IMG/VR virus record: IMGVR_UViG_3300032213_001164
Coordinates: 1 to 41,861 of that record
Length of the DNA: 41,861 bases
Reading direction: 5' to 3' (one strand)
Source of the DNA: a virus
Taxonomy: Duplodnaviria; Caudoviricetes
Below the pieces are notes generated by a model that saw only the letters and a program-made list of their open reading frames with translations, made no database searches and was not told the origin of the DNA. Both the position numbers and the translations under genes were made by a program. Each line of letters opens with the position of its first letter. The first letter of the stretch is position 1. Positions 33,177-41,861 of this stretch are shown piece after piece.

Positions 33177-36100
33177 TTATCCCCTTGCTTTACGGGTCTT
33201 GAGATAGTCCAGCGGCGACTTCTTGGCCGGTGGCGGGAGGTCTTCTGGCTTGGCCGACCTGTGATGCGCCCTGATCGCGTGCATCATGTCGTAGAGTTTA
33301 TCGCTTCCGGCCTTGGTTGAGCCGTTTCCGAGGGCTGCAACGACATCGGCCGGGAAGACAAATTCGCCATCCGCGAGCATGGCCGGGATGTCGTCGGACT
33401 GACCATCACCCTCGCCGGTCACCGCAGCGCCCTCTCGGAAATCCAGTCGGTGCTTGCCAGAGTGCTCGACCACGTTCAGGCCGCCACCAGCATACCTGCC
33501 GTATCGCGTGGTGCCTCCTGCGGCCATCAGCGGCACCGCAAGACCACCGGCCTTGAATTGAGGCTGCTGACCGAGATAATTGGGCTGGGCAAGCGCCTGT
33601 GGGTTGTAGGTCTGATCGTATGAGGCCAGGGCGCTGTCAATGCTGGGCTCTTGCCCGTAATTGAAGTACCCAGGCTGCTGCGGCTGATCCAGTCGATCTG
33701 GTTGGTTTGGCATGTTCATGTTGCTTGCCTGCTGTGGCTGTTGAGCCGGTTTGTTGACATACGATCCCTCCGAAACCATTTTTAGAAAATCTTCCAAAGG
33801 CCCTTCAAATTTATCCATTTTTTCATACACCGGCAACCCAGATTTGCGCATCGGCTCGTCTGGAATTGCCCTGGCGATAGTGTCTGCCTGTGACCCCAAA
33901 AGCAGACTCATAAAGTCTGGCGTGCCGCCACGCCCACCGCCACCGCCACCGCCTCCGCCGCCACCCCCTCTACCCCCGGAAGAAGAAACAGGCTCACAAA
34001 CGCCAGTGTTCAGGTTTCGGACGTATCCCTCTGGGCACTCATCGTCTTCCTCCTTGTCGGTGTCCGCAATGCACATCTGACGGGCTTCGTCAAAGTGAAA
34101 GCCCTCTCCGCATCGGTCATCGCCACCTGGGGCGCTGCCACCTGGGGTATCACCCGTGCCGCCAGTTGCCGCAACGTAGCCAGATTCTGCGGTGTTCAGC
34201 AAGCCGCTGCCGACCATGTTCTCGACTTCGGACCCCGTCAGGGAATACGTCCTGCCGTTTTCGTTGATGCCAATGGCCGAGCCATCATCGCTGACAAAAA
34301 CGCGGTCACCATTGGCGCTCTGCCACTGGCTGGTGTACCCGCCAGAATCCATGATCCGCTGGAGGTTCTGGTTGTAGTCATCCCAATACTGCCCTGAATC
34401 AGTTGCTGATCCGGGGGCGCCAACATCTGACGGCTTTCTTCCAAGGCTATCAAGGTATGTGCGCCACTCTTGTATCGCGTCCTCTTGCGAAGATACCCCA
34501 GGCTCAGGGCTGGGACTTGAATCATCTGGCGAAGGAATAATGTCCACCAGATTGTTGTTCTCGTCGTAGATCAGTTGACTTCCGTCTTGATTCGTAACCG
34601 ATCTCGTTGATGGCTTGATTTCCTCTTCCAGCTTAAACTCTGGCGGAGGACTCCAGCCCTCCACCATTTTCATTCCTATGTTTCCTTCATCCGATTTTTC
34701 TGACCATCGATAGTAGGTCTGCCTAGAGCCCTTCCGCTCTGGGTCATAAAAAACCTCATAAGTAAAGGACTCCCCGTTTGGCCTGTTCTGCGTGATGGTG
34801 CGGGTATAACCTACTGTCCCATCGTCGTACTTGAACTCCTCTACTGGGCCGGCTGTTTCATTTGCCCGTGGCTGCATCTGAGGCATGGCCTCAACAATTC
34901 TTGACGAGAATCCAGCGGGACCGGCCACATCAACGCCGGGCGAGCCCATGATTTTTTCAAAATCTGCGGCGCTGGCAATCCTGACTCTTTCCGCGATGTC
35001 CGCGTCAACGGCAGACAATATATTCCCGCTGGAAATGTACTTGTTCAGCGTATCTGCCGATGGGTCTTCTCCGAACTGCGCCTTGTAGCGGTTGCTCGCA
35101 GTCGTAATCTCATCAAGCCTGTTTTTTGCAATCGCCGCGTTTTCGGCCTCTGCAACATTGAAGTCTTGAATCACCCTCGTGAGATTGTTCTTCTTCTCTT
35201 CAAAATTGGTTTGGGCAGCAGTTAAGCTGGGCTGCAAGCTATCAAGCTGCTGCTTCAATGGGGTAATTGAGCCGACAACAGTTTCCGTGTACGGAACCTG
35301 AACTTCTACAGGAACCGTAATCGTGCCGGCGTCCCAATGAGATTCTGTCCGAAATTGTGTCTCGGTGCGGTACTTCGTAACCTCACCGCCGAACAATTGC
35401 AGATGTTGATTTTTATAGTCGGCAGCCTCTCTATCAAGCCGACCGTTGAGGGCCATTGCTTGGTTATAAATTAACTGTTTTTCGGTAGCTGTATTGGCGC
35501 CAGCTCTCTGCCACTGATATTCACCGGGATATTCCCATGTAACGTATTGTCCATTGTCATCATACCCGCCTGCCTGTCTGGCTGGAACCCAAACCTGTTT
35601 TGCGTAGAAATCCCCCTCATAACTTCCATCTTCGTAATATCCACCGCCGATCAAGGTATAACCTTGACTCGTCATATGTGAATCATAATTATTATATTTG
35701 TTTGCTAAGTCATCGTACTGACTCGACAGATTTTGAATTTGAGCGTACTTGTCTTGCAGCGGCTGTATTTGTTGGTTGTAATCAGATACAAGCCTATCCT
35801 GCTCAGTCAGGATATTCGTGAACTGCGACTGCGCGGCCTTGTACTCGTCGTTCGCTGCATTTGCGGTCGAGCCAAGGTCGCGCATGCCAGAACCCGCAGC
35901 CTGAACGGCGGAGTTCATGAACGAATTTAAGACAACGGGGGCAATGCTCGATACATCGCCACCCGACATGATCGTTGTTGCCAGAGCGGCCTTGGCCGCT
36001 CGCTGTGCAGCCGCCTCCATTGCGTTGGCCGGCTGACCAAATCCAGGCACATCCTTGACGGCGTAGTTGATGGTCTCCATCACGCCGGAGGTCATGGCGC

Positions 36101-36527
36101 CGGTAAGACCGCCCTTGATCAGCGCATCAATCGGGTCTTTGTCGGTCAATACGGCCGCCGTGCCGGACACGATGCCGCCACTGACGGCCTGCCCGGCGAC
36201 CCGGCCCATAGCGTCCGCTACAGACTTGCTCACAAGGCTTTCGCTGCCGCCAGACAGTATTGACTCGGAAACGGATGAGGCAACAGATCCGGCAATCGAC
36301 GCGCCGGCATATGACGTAACGCCACCAAGCACGGCTGACTTCAAAACATCGCTGGCATCGCCGCCCTGGATCGCCGTAAGGCCACCGGAGACAACCCCTG
36401 CCCCGATTGCGGTGGCCGCAGCCGTGCCCACAAGGCTCGACGCGCCGATGCCCAGAGCAATCGAACCACCAATAGCGGTCAGTGCGCCGGAGGCGCCGAG
36501 TGCGACCATTACTACGGCTGCTGGCAT
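33177..36527 (-). CDS. Large putative ejection protein with hydrophobic Gly/Ala N-terminus
   Basis: 1116 aa; N-terminal Gly-zipper-like helices, coiled coil, Cys pairs, C-terminal GEGDGQSDDIPAMLADGEFV motif. Confidence 0.6.
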   Translation of the reverse strand: MPAAVVMVALGASGALTAIGGSIALGIGASSLVGTAAATAIGAGVVSGGLTAIQGGDASDVLKSAVLGGVTSYAGASIAGSVASSVSESILSGGSESLVSKSVADAMGRVAGQAVSGGIVSGTAAVLTDKDPIDALIKGGLTGAMTSGVMETINYAVKDVPGFGQPANAMEAAAQRAAKAALATTIMSGGDVSSIAPVVLNSFMNSAVQAAGSGMRDLGSTANAANDEYKAAQSQFTNILTEQDRLVSDYNQQIQPLQDKYAQIQNLSSQYDDLANKYNNYDSHMTSQGYTLIGGGYYEDGSYEGDFYAKQVWVPARQAGGYDDNGQYVTWEYPGEYQWQRAGANTATEKQLIYNQAMALNGRLDREAADYKNQHLQLFGGEVTKYRTETQFRTESHWDAGTITVPVEVQVPYTETVVGSITPLKQQLDSLQPSLTAAQTNFEEKKNNLTRVIQDFNVAEAENAAIAKNRLDEITTASNRYKAQFGEDPSADTLNKYISSGNILSAVDADIAERVRIASAADFEKIMGSPGVDVAGPAGFSSRIVEAMPQMQPRANETAGPVEEFKYDDGTVGYTRTITQNRPNGESFTYEVFYDPERKGSRQTYYRWSEKSDEGNIGMKMVEGWSPPPEFKLEEEIKPSTRSVTNQDGSQLIYDENNNLVDIIPSPDDSSPSPEPGVSSQEDAIQEWRTYLDSLGRKPSDVGAPGSATDSGQYWDDYNQNLQRIMDSGGYTSQWQSANGDRVFVSDDGSAIGINENGRTYSLTGSEVENMVGSGLLNTAESGYVAATGGTGDTPGGSAPGGDDRCGEGFHFDEARQMCIADTDKEEDDECPEGYVRNLNTGVCEPVSSSGGRGGGGGGGGGGGGRGGTPDFMSLLLGSQADTIARAIPDEPMRKSGLPVYEKMDKFEGPLEDFLKMVSEGSYVNKPAQQPQQASNMNMPNQPDRLDQPQQPGYFNYGQEPSIDSALASYDQTYNPQALAQPNYLGQQPQFKAGGLAVPLMAAGGTTRYGRYAGGGLNVVEHSGKHRLDFREGAAVTGEGDGQSDDIPAMLADGEFVFPADVVAALGNGSTKAGSDKLYDMMHAIRAHHRSAKPEDLPPPAKKSPLDYLKTRKARG

Positions 36528-36947
36528 TTATAGCTCCACCACAAACACGTTGAGTTTCCTGCCTTCGTAGTCGGCCTTGTACTGATTGATCGGCAGATCA
36601 ACCATCTTGGCCAACTTCTTGAACTTCTCGTCTTCGGCGTAGGTGTAGGCAGTCGTCACGCCGATGTTTTTCAGGTACTTGGACAATTCCAAAAAATTAT
36701 TGGCCATGTCCCTGGGCCTCTTCTCCTCTCCAATCGTGTGAACCTCAACCACACCCTTGCTCCTGACCAAAATCAAGAACAAGACATTGCCGAGATGAAT
36801 GACTTTTGAACCCTCGTCCTGTAGCACGCGGGCCAGTGCGACCATCATCCCCTGAGCCTCTTGCTCTGTCTTGGCAACCTTGCGGAAATAGTCAAGGGCG
36901 ATTCTGTTCGCCTCCTGAACTTCCTGATCCTCTGTTTGATATTCCAT
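36528..36947 (-). CDS. Hypothetical protein (possibly GNAT-like)
   Basis: 139 aa alpha/beta protein between nozzle and ejection genes, where T7 gp13-like proteins sit; function is a positional inference. Confidence 0.5.
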   Translation of the reverse strand: MEYQTEDQEVQEANRIALDYFRKVAKTEQEAQGMMVALARVLQDEGSKVIHLGNVLFLILVRSKGVVEVHTIGEEKRPRDMANNFLELSKYLKNIGVTTAYTYAEDEKFKKLAKMVDLPINQYKADYEGRKLNVFVVEL

Positions 36948-36954
36948 GTCAGTC

Positions 36955-37215
36955 TCAAGTTGTTTGAACCGCAGGATTAACCGCCGACACCAAGGCCTGA
37001 GCCCAGTCCATCCAGTTGTCGAACTCATCCGTCATGGGGATGGCCTCGTTGGTAAACACATCGATGGCGCCTAGGCCGTTGCCCCACTTCTTCCAATCGG
37101 TGCTCGCGTCGGGGATCGAAAGCTGCTGCGCCGCATACAACTCAACCATGAGGCAAGCCCACGACTCAAAGGTGTGATACCTGGGGTCATAGACCTGAGC
37201 CGGATTAAGGGCCAT
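36955..37215 (-). CDS. Hypothetical tail-module protein
   Basis: 86 aa, Trp-rich. Confidence 0.55.
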   Translation of the reverse strand: MALNPAQVYDPRYHTFESWACLMVELYAAQQLSIPDASTDWKKWGNGLGAIDVFTNEAIPMTDEFDNWMDWAQALVSAVNPAVQTT

Positions 37216-39418
37216 ACGGCCTCACATCGCCCACCTCGGCGTTCAGAAGCAGTCTGCCCAGTTGATAGTCGCCACCGGCCACATCAGAGATGAACCGCAG
37301 GCGCAATTCTCGGCGCTGCTCGCGCATGTCAATCTTGCCGGTGTTCGGCCCGAAGATGTACGGGTCGGAGTCCTTGTCCTCCCCCTGCGCGAAAGGCCGC
37401 CCGGTGACGATGACCGACATCTCGCCAGATTGCAAGAAGTCCGGCTCAATCCGCTCGATCCTGAGCCAACGATTCAAGCCATCAGGAGCGGCCTGAGAGG
37501 GACCTCCAGCGGTCAAGCTCAAGTCACTGGTTTCAAAGTAGCTGCGGATGGCCGACACATTTTGACCTTCAATGTCGTCAGTTCCAATCTCGTGCTGGTA
37601 CAAGCGAACCAATCCAGCGGGTGTCGAAAAAGTCAACGAAACCGCACCGCTACCCGTGGCCGCGTCAGACATCTCAACGCCCTGGGCATAAATGGCTGAC
37701 ACGGGGATCGCAAAGCCAGATCCAGACCCGCCCAAATTGGTGTTGCTGGCGCTCAGGCTGTCCCCAACCTCGTATCCGGCTCCACGGTCCGTCACAGTCA
37801 CTGACGTAATCTGACCCCCAACAACAGAAATCGTCGCCTTTGCGTTCGATCCAGAGCCTCCCGCTAGGGGGACATTGGTGTATGTTGCGTTCACATACCC
37901 AGACCCAGGCGTAATCGCCCCCAGGGTCTTGATGTTGCTTGAGGTGATGGCCACAACAGTCGTGCCCGTTGGGATATTCGATCCCGATATGACCTGATTG
38001 AGGGAAATCTGTACGTTGTAGGTGTCCAGATACAAGAACTCGCTGCCAGAGGTCGCGTTGAATGTGGCCACAAAAACGGCCTCGGCTTCGCTGGCATCCC
38101 AATTGGCCGCGACCGGAAAGGCAAAAACCTGGGAGAAGTACCCGGCAGACCGACGCGCACCCAGGGCCTGCCCGGCGTCATACCAGACGTTCTCGCGCAC
38201 GTTGTAGATGATGGCGTCGGTGCATTCAGTCGCATCCCCACGGGGATAGAACCACCAGATCTCGCCGTACCTGGGCACCTTGGTGACCCAGACCTTCTGA
38301 CGCTGAGAGTAGTTCAGGTTGTCGAAGAAGTAGTTCTGGTTCATGTTGTTCGGAATCTCCTTGACCACGCCGTTGTAAAGGAGAAAACGGTCAACACCGC
38401 ACCAGTAGTAGATCCCGTCGTACTCAATGGCCGACTGGGATGACAGGATTGAGGACTGACTGCTGATGATGTCGTAGCGCCAGAACTGAGGGGGCGTGCC
38501 GGTGCCGCCGATGAAAGACACGCGGATGAGGCTGTCAAGGCTCCAAAACAGCCCAGAAGGCGCGTTGGAGCCGCCCCTGACGGGTAACCCCTGGACGATC
38601 TTTCCGGTGGCCACATTGGTCGCATTTGCGTCCGCAGAAACCCAGTCTTGCAAGTTGCCGGCCGAGCAGTTTTGAATCAGGCCGTTGTTGCCATACACGA
38701 ACAGGTACGGGTGAAGGGACACCACCCCGCCAGAGACAGAGATGTTGTTGTCGAACGTGACAGTCACCGTGGCCGAGGCCGTGGCGTTGTTGGAGATCGT
38801 CACGCTGGTCGTCGAGACAGACACCACAGTGGTGTTGGCAGGAATGCCTGCGCCGGTCACCGTCTGGCCGGCGCCGACCAAGGGGTTTACCGCCGCCAGG
38901 GTGATGATGTTGTTGCCGTTTACGGTCGTCGCCGAGTCGGTGAAAACGCCGACCTTGGACATCGTTGATCCGTTGATGTTGCCGGCCAGGACAGGACTGT
39001 TAGCGGTGCTGTCAATCGCCGCAAGATTCCTTCCGGGGTGAGCAACAATCGTCTGCAATCCAGATCCGGAGACATCGTAAAAGCCATCAAATTGCCAAAG
39101 GTTCAAAGGAGATGCAGTGAAGTTGGACAGCGTGAAATTGGTGACGCCGGCACCAACTCCGTTGTCGTCAATCACAAGAACCTGCAAGCCGTCAGCGTAG
39201 CCGCTGAAGATTGAGTTGAAGGCGTCCTGAGAATTGACCCAAATGCCTCGAGAAGGTCCGCTCAGACCGTCAGAGATGACCCGATATCCACCGATCTTCC
39301 TTGGGCGGCCACGCTGAAATCGAACCCATTGCCCGTCGTTGTAGAACAGTTTGTCGTAAACGGTTCCATCGCGCTGGATTCCAGACTGCGTGTCAAGCGA
39401 GAAAACCTTCTGCGTCAT
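37205..39418 (-). CDS. Putative tail nozzle/hub protein (P22 gp10 / T7 gp12-like)
   Basis: 737 aa, beta-rich; WVRFQRGRPRKIGG, EIWWFYP; two Thr/Ser/Gly-rich insertions. Confidence 0.65.
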   Translation of the reverse strand: MTQKVFSLDTQSGIQRDGTVYDKLFYNDGQWVRFQRGRPRKIGGYRVISDGLSGPSRGIWVNSQDAFNSIFSGYADGLQVLVIDDNGVGAGVTNFTLSNFTASPLNLWQFDGFYDVSGSGLQTIVAHPGRNLAAIDSTANSPVLAGNINGSTMSKVGVFTDSATTVNGNNIITLAAVNPLVGAGQTVTGAGIPANTTVVSVSTTSVTISNNATASATVTVTFDNNISVSGGVVSLHPYLFVYGNNGLIQNCSAGNLQDWVSADANATNVATGKIVQGLPVRGGSNAPSGLFWSLDSLIRVSFIGGTGTPPQFWRYDIISSQSSILSSQSAIEYDGIYYWCGVDRFLLYNGVVKEIPNNMNQNYFFDNLNYSQRQKVWVTKVPRYGEIWWFYPRGDATECTDAIIYNVRENVWYDAGQALGARRSAGYFSQVFAFPVAANWDASEAEAVFVATFNATSGSEFLYLDTYNVQISLNQVISGSNIPTGTTVVAITSSNIKTLGAITPGSGYVNATYTNVPLAGGSGSNAKATISVVGGQITSVTVTDRGAGYEVGDSLSASNTNLGGSGSGFAIPVSAIYAQGVEMSDAATGSGAVSLTFSTPAGLVRLYQHEIGTDDIEGQNVSAIRSYFETSDLSLTAGGPSQAAPDGLNRWLRIERIEPDFLQSGEMSVIVTGRPFAQGEDKDSDPYIFGPNTGKIDMREQRRELRLRFISDVAGGDYQLGRLLLNAEVGDVRPYGP

Positions 39419-40654
39419 TTAGAACGCCCCACCTTGAACGCCGCTGCTGAACGTGCCAGTGCCGGTGATAGACAGGCCCGTGGTCGTCAGTCCAAAATAC
39501 TTTGCACCCAAAACGGCAATCCCAAACTCGCCAGACCCTGGACGATAAATGCCGGTTGACGTTTCATTTGCAAAATTGAGAGAAGGCGCCCCAGCAGTGC
39601 CGTCAACCAAAGATATGTTGGCGGCTCCAGCGGCAATCGTTGAGGCGTTGAGCAAATTGACAGAGTCGCACAGCAAGATAACCTGCTGACCAGCAGGAAC
39701 GATTGCCGTCGCGCCACCAGATCCAGTGGTAAACGTGATCTGATACCCAGGCCCGCCACCGTCAGTCTGATTGGTGATGTAGTACACCTGAACCGTTTGG
39801 GGCAGCGTAACCGTCACATTGCCGGACAGAGTGCCGGTGTACTTTTGCACCACGTTGGATGCCTCTGACGCCGTCAATGTGTACGAACCCGAAACAACCG
39901 CCTTGGTCAACTGCGTGAAGTTGAACTGCGTGCTGCGACCCAATCCAACCGTGAAGAAGGCAGCCCCAGAACACACCACAAAGGCAGAATCAGCAGGCTG
40001 CAAGGCAATGCTCGCGGCGCCGTTGATCAAGCCTCCAGCGGGGGTTACCGTCAGGGTTCCGGTGCCACCGTTGCGCACCATGAAGAACCAATCGTTGCCC
40101 AGGGTCGTTGCGGCAGTCAGGCCCAAAGTTCCAGAGCCGCCCGTCCAGACGTAGGAGGAGGCCCGGTCAGTGTCCAGGGCGGTGTAGTTGCTTGAGAACG
40201 TCTGAACCGGATGAGACTGATTGAGGGTCGTAGAGATGGCCTTCAGGCCATATCCGGCAAGGGTCGCAGCGTCTGCGCTCGAGCTTCCCACACCAAAGGA
40301 GATGATGCCCCAGGTGCCGGCCTCGGTCGCGTTGGTCGTGATGTAGATGTACTTGGCCTCGCCGGAGGCCACGGCGACGATGGTGTTGCCGTTGTAGTCA
40401 GCCACCGTGAAGGTGGTCGCTCCGACGTTGCGGATCAGCGCATCTTGACCGACAGAGGTCTGGTTGGCTGGCGGCATCTTTAGCAGCAAGCTGCCCGCCG
40501 TGGCCGTGACGTTCATGATCCTGGCGGCAGCGTTGTCCGTGTCGCTGCCGTTGATCGGCCAGGACAGGGTCGTGGTGACGCTCAGGGTGATGGCGCGGAA
40601 CGAAACGTCCGTCGGCTGGATCACCTGTCCGGTGAAAGGGCTGGTAAAGCTCAT
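39419..40654 (-). CDS. Tail fibre/spike-like structural protein
   Basis: 411 aa, T/G/S/A-rich; DGTAGAPSLNF...TGIYR motif common in tail fibres. Confidence 0.6.
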   Translation of the reverse strand: MSFTSPFTGQVIQPTDVSFRAITLSVTTTLSWPINGSDTDNAAARIMNVTATAGSLLLKMPPANQTSVGQDALIRNVGATTFTVADYNGNTIVAVASGEAKYIYITTNATEAGTWGIISFGVGSSSADAATLAGYGLKAISTTLNQSHPVQTFSSNYTALDTDRASSYVWTGGSGTLGLTAATTLGNDWFFMVRNGGTGTLTVTPAGGLINGAASIALQPADSAFVVCSGAAFFTVGLGRSTQFNFTQLTKAVVSGSYTLTASEASNVVQKYTGTLSGNVTVTLPQTVQVYYITNQTDGGGPGYQITFTTGSGGATAIVPAGQQVILLCDSVNLLNASTIAAGAANISLVDGTAGAPSLNFANETSTGIYRPGSGEFGIAVLGAKYFGLTTTGLSITGTGTFSSGVQGGAF

Positions 40655-41286
40655 GAATCCCTCACAATCGCCTGACGGTCAGCCACCCTGGTGATGTTTT
40701 CTTCCTTCAGGACTTGGATGATGCGGTCGTAGTTGCCCTGCCACATTGGCATGCGCTCGTCGTTCTTGAGGAACGGCATGGCCTGGAGCAGGGAGCCATA
40801 GAGCAGCGCCTGGGGGGCGTACTCCGTGAACCAGTTGGACTGATTGCTTGAGTCAAGCGGCTGCACGCGCTCGTAGTACAGCACCTCGTAGTTGTACGCG
40901 ACGTCTGGCGTCGGGCCAACGAGCCAGTGTTCGTAGTCGTAGTCGCAGAAGAACTTCGGGGCATCCTCCTGCGCCGGATCTGGCCAATACTCGCGGATGT
41001 ACTCGTAGCTGCGGATCAGCACCGGTTGACGCTTGCCCGCCACCGTGACGTTCATTGAAACCGTCTTGCGCCAACGCGCCGGCTTGGCGATCACGTTGGC
41101 ACCCTGAACCATCTGGCTGGTTACCACTTGGATGTTGCCCAGGAATTTCAGATCGGCGGCAATGATCTGTTCCGCCAGCATGATGAACTGGGGAATCTTG
41201 TCCAGGGTGGCTTGGTCGGTACGCTCCAGATACGTCTGGATGTCGTTGACCAAGCTGTCGTATGTCATGACTGCGGCTACGGTCAT
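40651..41286 (-). CDS. Putative head-tail adaptor
   Basis: TYDSLVNDIQTYLER...IPQFIMLAE...PTPD...ALLYGSLLQAMPFLKNDER. Confidence 0.65.
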   Translation of the reverse strand: MTVAAVMTYDSLVNDIQTYLERTDQATLDKIPQFIMLAEQIIAADLKFLGNIQVVTSQMVQGANVIAKPARWRKTVSMNVTVAGKRQPVLIRSYEYIREYWPDPAQEDAPKFFCDYDYEHWLVGPTPDVAYNYEVLYYERVQPLDSSNQSNWFTEYAPQALLYGSLLQAMPFLKNDERMPMWQGNYDRIIQVLKEENITRVADRQAIVRDS

Positions 41287-41678
41287 CACCACACCTTCTT
41301 CTTGATGGAGTCGGGCTGCGGGACAAATTGTTTGCCCTGGCGCATGCCCTCTCTCTTGGCTCGCGTTGTTGCCGCGTATTCAGAAGGTGTTAACTTCTCT
41401 CGTGCCTTTTTGGGCAGATACCGCTCGCCGGTTGCTTGGGAACCCTGTGTGGACGGCTTTCCAGACTTCGTGCCCCAGTCCTCTTTCGTCCACTGTGAGA
41501 GCGAATTATCCGCCTTCTTGGGGCCTTTGTAACCCCCCCCAGAAGATTTGTACTTCTGCGTGGCAAGCTGGGCCTTCCTGGCGCTCCACTGCCCAGGAGA
41601 GCCACCTTTCCCACTGGCCTTGACCTGGGAAACGATCCTGTCCCATTTTGCGGGGTCTGTCTTTTTTGCGGTGCTCAT
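41286..41678 (-). CDS. Highly basic protein (DUF5872-like, tentative)
   Basis: GQWSARKAQL...YK..GGGY...LSQWTKEDW...ERYLPK. Confidence 0.6.
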   Translation of the reverse strand: MSTAKKTDPAKWDRIVSQVKASGKGGSPGQWSARKAQLATQKYKSSGGGYKGPKKADNSLSQWTKEDWGTKSGKPSTQGSQATGERYLPKKAREKLTPSEYAATTRAKREGMRQGKQFVPQPDSIKKKVW

Positions 41679-41861
41679 GATAGGAAAAAGGCCCTCTCTT
41701 CCTTGCGCCGACGATCCAGCCCCGGCAGAACTTTACCCCCGCCCTTGTTCCAGAGCAATAAGGCGTCTGCTGCGGCCCCGAACTCCATGCGATTTGCCTT
41801 GATGCGGACGGTCGAACGCTGGAGATTGCCCAGCCCTACATTGAATGCAAAAGAGACCAGA
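41675..41861 (-). CDS. Phage lysozyme (GH24-like), 3' end only
   Basis: Manual translation LVSFAFNVGLGNLQRST...LLWNKGGGKVLPGLDRRRKEERALFLS*. Confidence 0.85.
   Translation of the reverse strand, partial: LVSFAFNVGLGNLQRSTVRIKANRMEFGAAADALLLWNKGGGKVLPGLDRRRKEERAFFLS

Noticed and set aside
33925-33980. CCG/CCA-rich repeat tract
   Set aside because: Simply encodes a poly-Gly linker.
37205-40654. Diversity-generating retroelement target in tail genes
   Set aside because: No reverse transcriptase and no template/variable repeat pair seen.

Overview
The window is most of a GC-rich tailed dsDNA phage genome with a podovirus-like layout, cut inside the major capsid gene on the left and a lysozyme gene on the right. 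The minus strand carries head genes (Mu gpT-type capsid, scaffold, GroES-like co-chaperonin, portal) and a 1725-aa modular protein with two ADP-ribosyltransferase-like domains. These are followed by TerL/TerS, a non-coding RNA-rich region (14.1-15.1 kb), a DNA methyltransferase, many small early genes and a replication module (Cro-like HTH, DUF1376-type initiator, primase Zn-finger, helicase, RusA). A short plus-strand operon encodes an SSB-like protein and a PD-(D/E)XK exonuclease. Minus-strand virion, ejection, tail and lysis genes complete the window. No integrase, DNA polymerase, CRISPR array or canonical tRNA is seen. The best candidate for a new system is at 14,161-15,119: a near-consensus sigma70 promoter drives a leader with three hairpins sharing a covarying CAU/AGC internal loop. 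Two of these hairpins are fused to degenerate tRNA-like cloverleaves whose acceptor 5' strands they can sequester. Second is the 1725-aa protein, whose modules are bounded by repeated K/M-x-x-G-G motifs. All product calls come from reading motifs by eye; no database search or folding program was run.
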